From: an uncultured Gemmatimonadaceae bacterium
Lineage (GTDB): Bacteria > Gemmatimonadota > Gemmatimonadetes > Gemmatimonadales > Gemmatimonadaceae
DNA length: 48,654 nt
Reading direction: 5' to 3'
Assembly (NCBI GenBank): GCA_963829055.1
Contig: CAWHHI010000014.1
Location: 1-48,654, forward strand
Position numbers and translations under genes: made by a program. Within the stretch, counting starts at the first letter, position 1, and the number at the start of each line of letters is the position of its first letter. Positions 43,535-48,654 of the stretch are shown piece by piece. The notes under the pieces were generated by a model. That model saw only the letters and a program-made list of their open reading frames with translations, did no database searches and was not told where the DNA came from.

Positions 43535-44399
43535 CTACGGTTTGATCACTCCCAAGCGCTTCGCGATCAGCCGATCGAGGATGCGCGCGGGGAGCGCCAG
43601 CGGGATCGTCCAGTTCAGCAGGCGGCGGCGCACGACTGGGTAGGACGTTCGAGGCGATGGCGTAGTCAGCGCGGTCCATACGGCCTCACCGACTGCGTCC
43701 GCGGGGAGGCCGGCGCGGCCACTCGTCAGAGCCGCGGTCAGGAATCGCGTCAGCAGCGGCTCGTATTCCGTGCCCGCATACCGCGACCCATCCTGCGACT
43801 CGGCCTTGTCCCAGATGGGTGTTGCGACCGAGCCCGGGTTGATGATCACCACGTCGATGCCGTACAGCATCAACTCTCGGCGCAGGCTCTCGGACATTCC
43901 TTCGAGTGCCCGCTTGGACGCCGCGTAGGCGCCGAGGAACGGGGCGCTCAGTCGGCCGGCGACGGAGCTGATCTGGATGATTCTTCCGGGCTTCCCCGTG
44001 CGGGATCGGTCGGCGCCGAGCAGCGGGGCGAACGCCTGCGTGGCCGCAAGCGCGCCGACGACATTCACCTCGAGAGTGCGCCGGACTTCGTCGAGCGGCT
44101 GGTGGATGAGCGGGCCGCCGACCGCTATGCCGGCGTTGTTCACGAGCCCGAACAGCGTGCCGCCCTCCAGCGCCTCGGCAACGGCAGGCACGGAAGCGCG
44201 AATGGCGTCGACATCGGTGACGTCGAACACGAGTGGCGTGAACCGGTCACCCAACTCGGCGCGGACTCGGTCGCCGTCGGCGCCACGCCTAACGCTACCG
44301 AACACGTGGACGCCGTGGCCAACGAGGACGCGCGCGATGGCGAGCCCGATGCCGGTCGACACGCCGGTGACGACGACGCACGGTGCCGGTGCTTGTCAT
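43535..44399 (-). CDS. SDR-family NAD(P)-dependent oxidoreductase
   Basis: VVVTGVSTGIG, LVNNAG, YAASK; probable ATG at 44399 (inside the repeat end) needs a 1-base frame correction. Confidence 0.88.
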
Positions 44400-44540
44400 T
44401 CCGAGCGCAGCCGCGAAGCGGCGCAGTCGAGGAATCGACGATCGTCCCGACAGACGGGCCCTCTACCAGTACGATCAGCGATTCCTCGACTCCGGCCTGA
44501 CGGCCTCCGCTCGGAATGACACAGCTCCGCTCGGAATGAC
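44394..44540. repeat. Family-A REP-like element
   Basis: TGTCATTCCGAGCG...CGAGGAATC...GGGCCCTCTA...GATTCCTCG...doubled CGCTCGGAATGAC. Confidence 0.88.
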
Positions 44541-44544
44541 GCGG

Positions 44545-46094
44545 TCAGTGCGGCGCGCGCTTGATGATCATGCCGGGTCTCGCGCCCGTGGTCTTGCCGT
44601 CCGCGTACACTTCGCCGCCGTTCACCCACACGCGCTCGATCCCGACTGACGTGAGGTGCGGCTGCTGCGGCGTCGCGCGGTCGATCACCGTCGCGGGATC
44701 GAACAGCACGAGGTCGGCGAACATGCCCGGCGTTAGGCGCCCGCGATCGCTTGATCCCCATGTGCTCCGCCGCGAGCGACGTCATGCGGTGCACGGCCTC
44801 CTCGAGCGACATCACCTTGCGCTCGCGGACGTAGACGCCGAGGAAGCGCGGGAAGGCGCCGAAGCCGCGCGGGTGCGGGCCGTCGAGCGAGCCGTCGGTG
44901 CTCAGGTTCGTGTGCGGCCAGCGCAGGATGCGCTCGACGTCCGGCTCCACCATGCTCGTGCCGATGACGCTCTGCGTCGAATCGGCCCGTCTTCTCGCGC
45001 ATCGCCTCGGATTCGCGAATGAGGTCGATGAGCGTCGTGATCGAGTCCGTGCCGCGCAGCTTCGCGATCTCGGCGACCGTCTTGCCGGCGTAGGCGGGGT
45101 TCGGCTCGTAGCGACCGAGCAGCAGGCCGCCCGGCGTGGACGTCTCGGTGAGCGCGAACTCGGCGGACGTGCGATTCTCGAAGTCGCGCTTCGGGAAGAG
45201 GACGGTGAGCGTCGAGTGCCAGTAGAGGTACGGGTAGATGTCGGCGGTGATGTCGACGCCGCTCGCGCGCGCCGCGTCGAGGATCCTAACGAGACTGTCG
45301 GCGTGACCCCACAGCGCGCGCATGGCGAGCTTCGCGTGCGAGATCTGCACGGGGAGCTTCGCCTCGCGGCCGATGGTGATGATCTCGTCGATCGCCTGCC
45401 AGAACGCGAAGTCCTCGCTCCGGATGTGGCTGATGTAGCGGCCGCCGAATGGACGCGACGACCTTGGCGAGCGCGATGACCTCGGCGCGGATCGGAGTAG
45501 ATGCCGGGGTCGTACTCGAGGCCTGACGAGAGGCCGATCGCGCCGGCGCGCATCTCGCTCGCCAGCATCGCGCTCATGCGCGCGACTTCGGCCGGCGTGG
45601 CGACGCGCTTGAAGTCCTCGCCCATCACGGAGTCGCGGATGCTGCCGTGGCCGACGTACATGCCGACGTTGACGGCGGCCGGCGATCTTCTCGAGGCGCG
45701 CGAAGTAGTCGGCGAGCGGGAGCGGTCGAGCCGCCGTCCTGGCCGCCTATAATGGTAGTGATGCCCTGCGAGACGACGGCGAGCGCGTCGGGGTGCTCGA
45801 AGAGGTCGTCGTCGGCGTGGGAGTGCGTGTCGATGAAGCCGGGGGCGAGGATGAGGCCGTGGGCGTCGATGGTACGCTCGCCGGCTGCGCGGGGTCAGGT
45901 CACCGACGGCGGCGATGCGGTCGCCCTCGACGCGGACGGACGCTCGTCGGCCTGGAGAGCCGGTGCCGTCGATGACGTTCGCGTTCGTGATGAGGAAGCT
46001 CGGGCGCGCCGGGGTGGCGGAGCGGAGGGCGATGCCGCGGCGGCGCATCGCGGTTACCACGGCAGGACGCGGCGTAGGTGAACCGGCGGATCAT
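44545..46094 (-). CDS. N-acyl-D-amino-acid deacylase (amidohydrolase; frameshifted, start uncertain)
   Basis: NVIDGTG, LAPGFIDTHSH, GLSSGLEYDPG, SHIRSE, QISHAK, DIYPY, HPRGFGAFPRFLG, ADLVLFDP. Confidence 0.88.
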
Positions 46095-46330
46095 CGGGCG
46101 TCACTCGTTATGCGGAAGGGCTAGCCAGGGCCGGCATCGCGGACGTTCGTGCCTGTCGTGAGTAATCAGTGCGTGAGCCGTCGGTCATCAGTCATTCAGT
46201 CGAGTCGTCAGTAGCACCGCAGCGATGGCGGTTCGTAGCCGTTCGCCAGGCGGGACTGAAAACTGATGACCGACGACTGATCGACGCACGACGTGTTACT
46301 GGCCAGAATTGCCATGAGCCGAGTTCGAGA

Positions 46331-46530
46331 AGATCCCTCGCTTCGCTCGGGATGACAACGGGTGTCATTCCGAGCGGAGCCGCGAAGCGTCGCGAGTGCC
46401 GCAGTTGAGGAATCGCGATCGTACGGAGCAGAGAGCCCTCTACCATGAAGCCAAGGATTCCTCATCTGCCTCGACGTTCCGTGGGCTCCCGGCTCCGCTC
46501 GCTCGGAATGACAAACGGCTCGGAATGACA
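46331..46530. repeat. Family-A repeat cluster (both subtypes adjacent)
   Basis: AGATCCCTCGCTTCGCTCGGGATGACA followed by TGTCATTCCGAGCG...GAGGAATC...GATTCCTC...doubled CTCGGAATGACA. Confidence 0.85.
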
Positions 46531-46610
46531 GGGCCCTGACTTGCGGCCCCTCACGTCCCCGCCAGAGTTGACCCTGTCTCACGAGCCTTCCCGCCCTGCC
46601 CCAGCCCACC

Positions 46611-48650
46611 ATGAGCGTCTTCACCGTTCTCGTCGTCGCCGCACTCCAGGCGCAGACACCCGCCCAGCAGCAGGCGGCCGCCCAGCTTCCGCCCTCGCCC
46701 ATCGCGAAGCTGGTCGTCACGCCGGCCAAGCCGGTGATGATCGCGCAGTGACACGCTGCGGCTCACCGCACAGGCGCTCGACGCGAGCGGGAAGCCCGTC
46801 GACAACGTGCGCTTCCGCTACATTGGGTCGGGCGGCGCGCGGTTCGAGGGGCGGGTGGACACCACCGGCCTCGTTCGCTCCGGCTCGACCGGCACGATCC
46901 CCGTCACCGTCGTCGCCCTGGTACCGGGCACGCGGCCCGTGACCGAAGTGGTCGAGGTGAAGATGCTGCCCGGACCCGCCGCCAAGGTCATCGATCGACG
47001 CCGCGCCGCCGAAGCTCGTCGTCGGCCAGCAGGTCGTGCTCAGCGGCACCGCGTTCTCCGCCACCGGCGATCAGCGCCCCGACAAGCTCGCGTGGAAGAG
47101 CTCCGCGCCTAACGTTGCGCGCGTCGGCAGCGACGGACGGCTCACCGCACTCGCGCCGGGAAAGGCGACCATCACCGGCGACGACCGGTCAGGCATCAGG
47201 CACGCTCGCGCGTGACGGTCGTCGCGAACACGATCGCGTCGCTCGAGATCGCTCCCGCGCCGTCGCTGCGCGCACCGGCGACGTGCTGCGCTTCGCGGTC
47301 ACCGCGAAAGACGCGCAGGGCCGGAAGATCGACGGCCTCACGCCGACGTGGAGCTTCTCGCCCGGCCACGGGACGATCGAGCGACGGCGCGTTCGTCGGC
47401 TACGAAGCGCGGCGAATACACGGTGATTGCGTCGTTCGGCAACGCGTCGCGCAGTCGGCCGTGAACCTACGCATCGCGACGTACGTCGCCCGGCGACGGT
47501 CGTCGGACGACTGCCGCGCTCGCGCTTCAGCACCGAAGAAGTGTGGGTCCACCAGGACGGCAAGCACGCCTACCTCGGCTCCGGCGGCGGCGGCGACGTG
47601 CTGTACGCGATCGACATCAGCGATCCGACGAACCCGATCGTCACCGATTCGGTCATCTCGAACACGCGCCGCGTGAACGACGTGATGACGTTCCCCGACG
47701 GCAAGTTCCTCGTCTTCACGCGCGAAGGCGCGAGCGATCGCAAGAACGGCATCGTCATCTGCTCGCTCGACGACCCGGCGCATCCGAAAGTGATCGCCGA
47801 GTTCACCGAGGGCGTGACGGGTGGCGTGCATTCGATCTTCGTGAACAAGCAGGACAAGTTCGGCACGTTCCTCTATCTCACGAACGACGGCACCGGCGCG
47901 CTGCACATCCTCGACGTCAACGATCCGTATCATCCGAAGGAAGTCGCGCGCTGGAAGACGGAAGGCCGTCCCGACGCCGGCCGCTCGCTGCACGACATCG
48001 ACATCACGGACGGGCTGCTCTACGCGAGCTACTGGAACGACGGGCATCGTCGTGCTCGACATCGGCAACGGCATGAAGGGCGGTTCGCCGTCCAACCCCA
48101 CGATGGTGTCGCAGTTCAAGTACGATCTGAACGCGCTATACAAACAGGTCGAGGTCGACGGCGGCCCGGGCTTCATTCGCGGCACGCACACGGCGTGGCG
48201 CCACAAGAACTACGTGTTCATCGCCGACGAAGTATTTCCGGCGAGCGGCGTCGAAGGGCACGAAGGACGCCGCGGCCGGTCGCGCGTACGGACGTCTGCA
48301 GGTGCTCGACGTCTCCGACATCGCGACATCCGAAGTCCGTCGCGTGGTACGAGCCGGAGTACGGCGGCGTGCACAACGTCTGGGTCGCTCGGCGACACGC
48401 TCTACATGGGCGCGTACAACGCGGGCTTCCGCGTGTTCGACATCTCTGGTGAGCTGCGCGGCGATCTGCGCGCGCAGGGGCGCGAGATCGGCCACCTCAA
48501 CACGGCCGACATGGATGGCCACGTGAAGAATTCGGCGATGACGTGGGGCGTCGTCGTCAATCCGAAAGACAACCTCGCGTACGTCAACGACGACAACAAC
48601 GGGCTGTGGATCGTACGATCGAGCCGAAGAAGCCTGATGTTGTGCCCTGA
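46611..48650 (+). CDS. Secreted Ig-like-domain + LVIVD-repeat protein (frameshifted)
   Basis: Signal-like N-terminus; Ig-like strands (AWKSSAPNVARV); LVIVD-type repeats (YAIDISDPTNP, HILDVNDPYHPKEV, VLDVSD, RVFDISG). Confidence 0.8.
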
Positions 48651-48654
48651 GCGG

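Noticed and set aside
1031..46530. Family-A or family-B repeats as a CRISPR array
   Set aside because: Dispersed and palindromic, no repeat-spacer periodicity, no cas genes
966..47113. GTTAGG as telomere-like repeat, Chi or KOPS
   Set aside because: Never tandem, and orientation is balanced (24 vs 21) within one window, unlike replichore-polarised motifs

Overview
High-GC (~68% by eye) bacterial chromosomal window. The gene repertoire (PadR/orphan ABC-permease pairs, many secreted S9/S41/M20 peptidases, LVIVD and BON proteins) suggests Gemmatimonadota or a similar soil lineage; this assignment is inference. About two thirds of the longer genes are broken by 1-bp indels, most simply explained by long-read consensus error, so several gene ends are approximate. 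Contents: BON lipoprotein plus SH3b protein, DPP-IV-like and prolyl-oligopeptidase S9 peptidases, PAS histidine kinase, alpha/beta hydrolase, ROK kinase, M20 peptidase, DinB protein, GntR with divergent S41 peptidase, two PadR+permease modules, YncE/phosphoesterase, a small Zn-finger + Xre/MbcA/ParS-type antitoxin pair, Spy/CpxP, a complete rsbR-rsbS-rsbT stressosome operon wired to two histidine kinases, msrA, amidase, cyclophilin, a permease, metG with a long structured leader, an SDR, a D-aminoacylase and an Ig/LVIVD protein. No rRNA, tRNA, CRISPR array, transposase or integrase was seen. The most unusual signals are non-coding: (1) a non-palindromic motif CCTAAC(G)/(C)GTTAGG found 45 times by manual scan, mostly inside genes where it uses rare TTA/CTA/AGG codons; (2) two intergenic repeat families, sometimes nested; (3) a ~290-nt nested-hairpin element between msrA and the amidase; (4) the metG leader.
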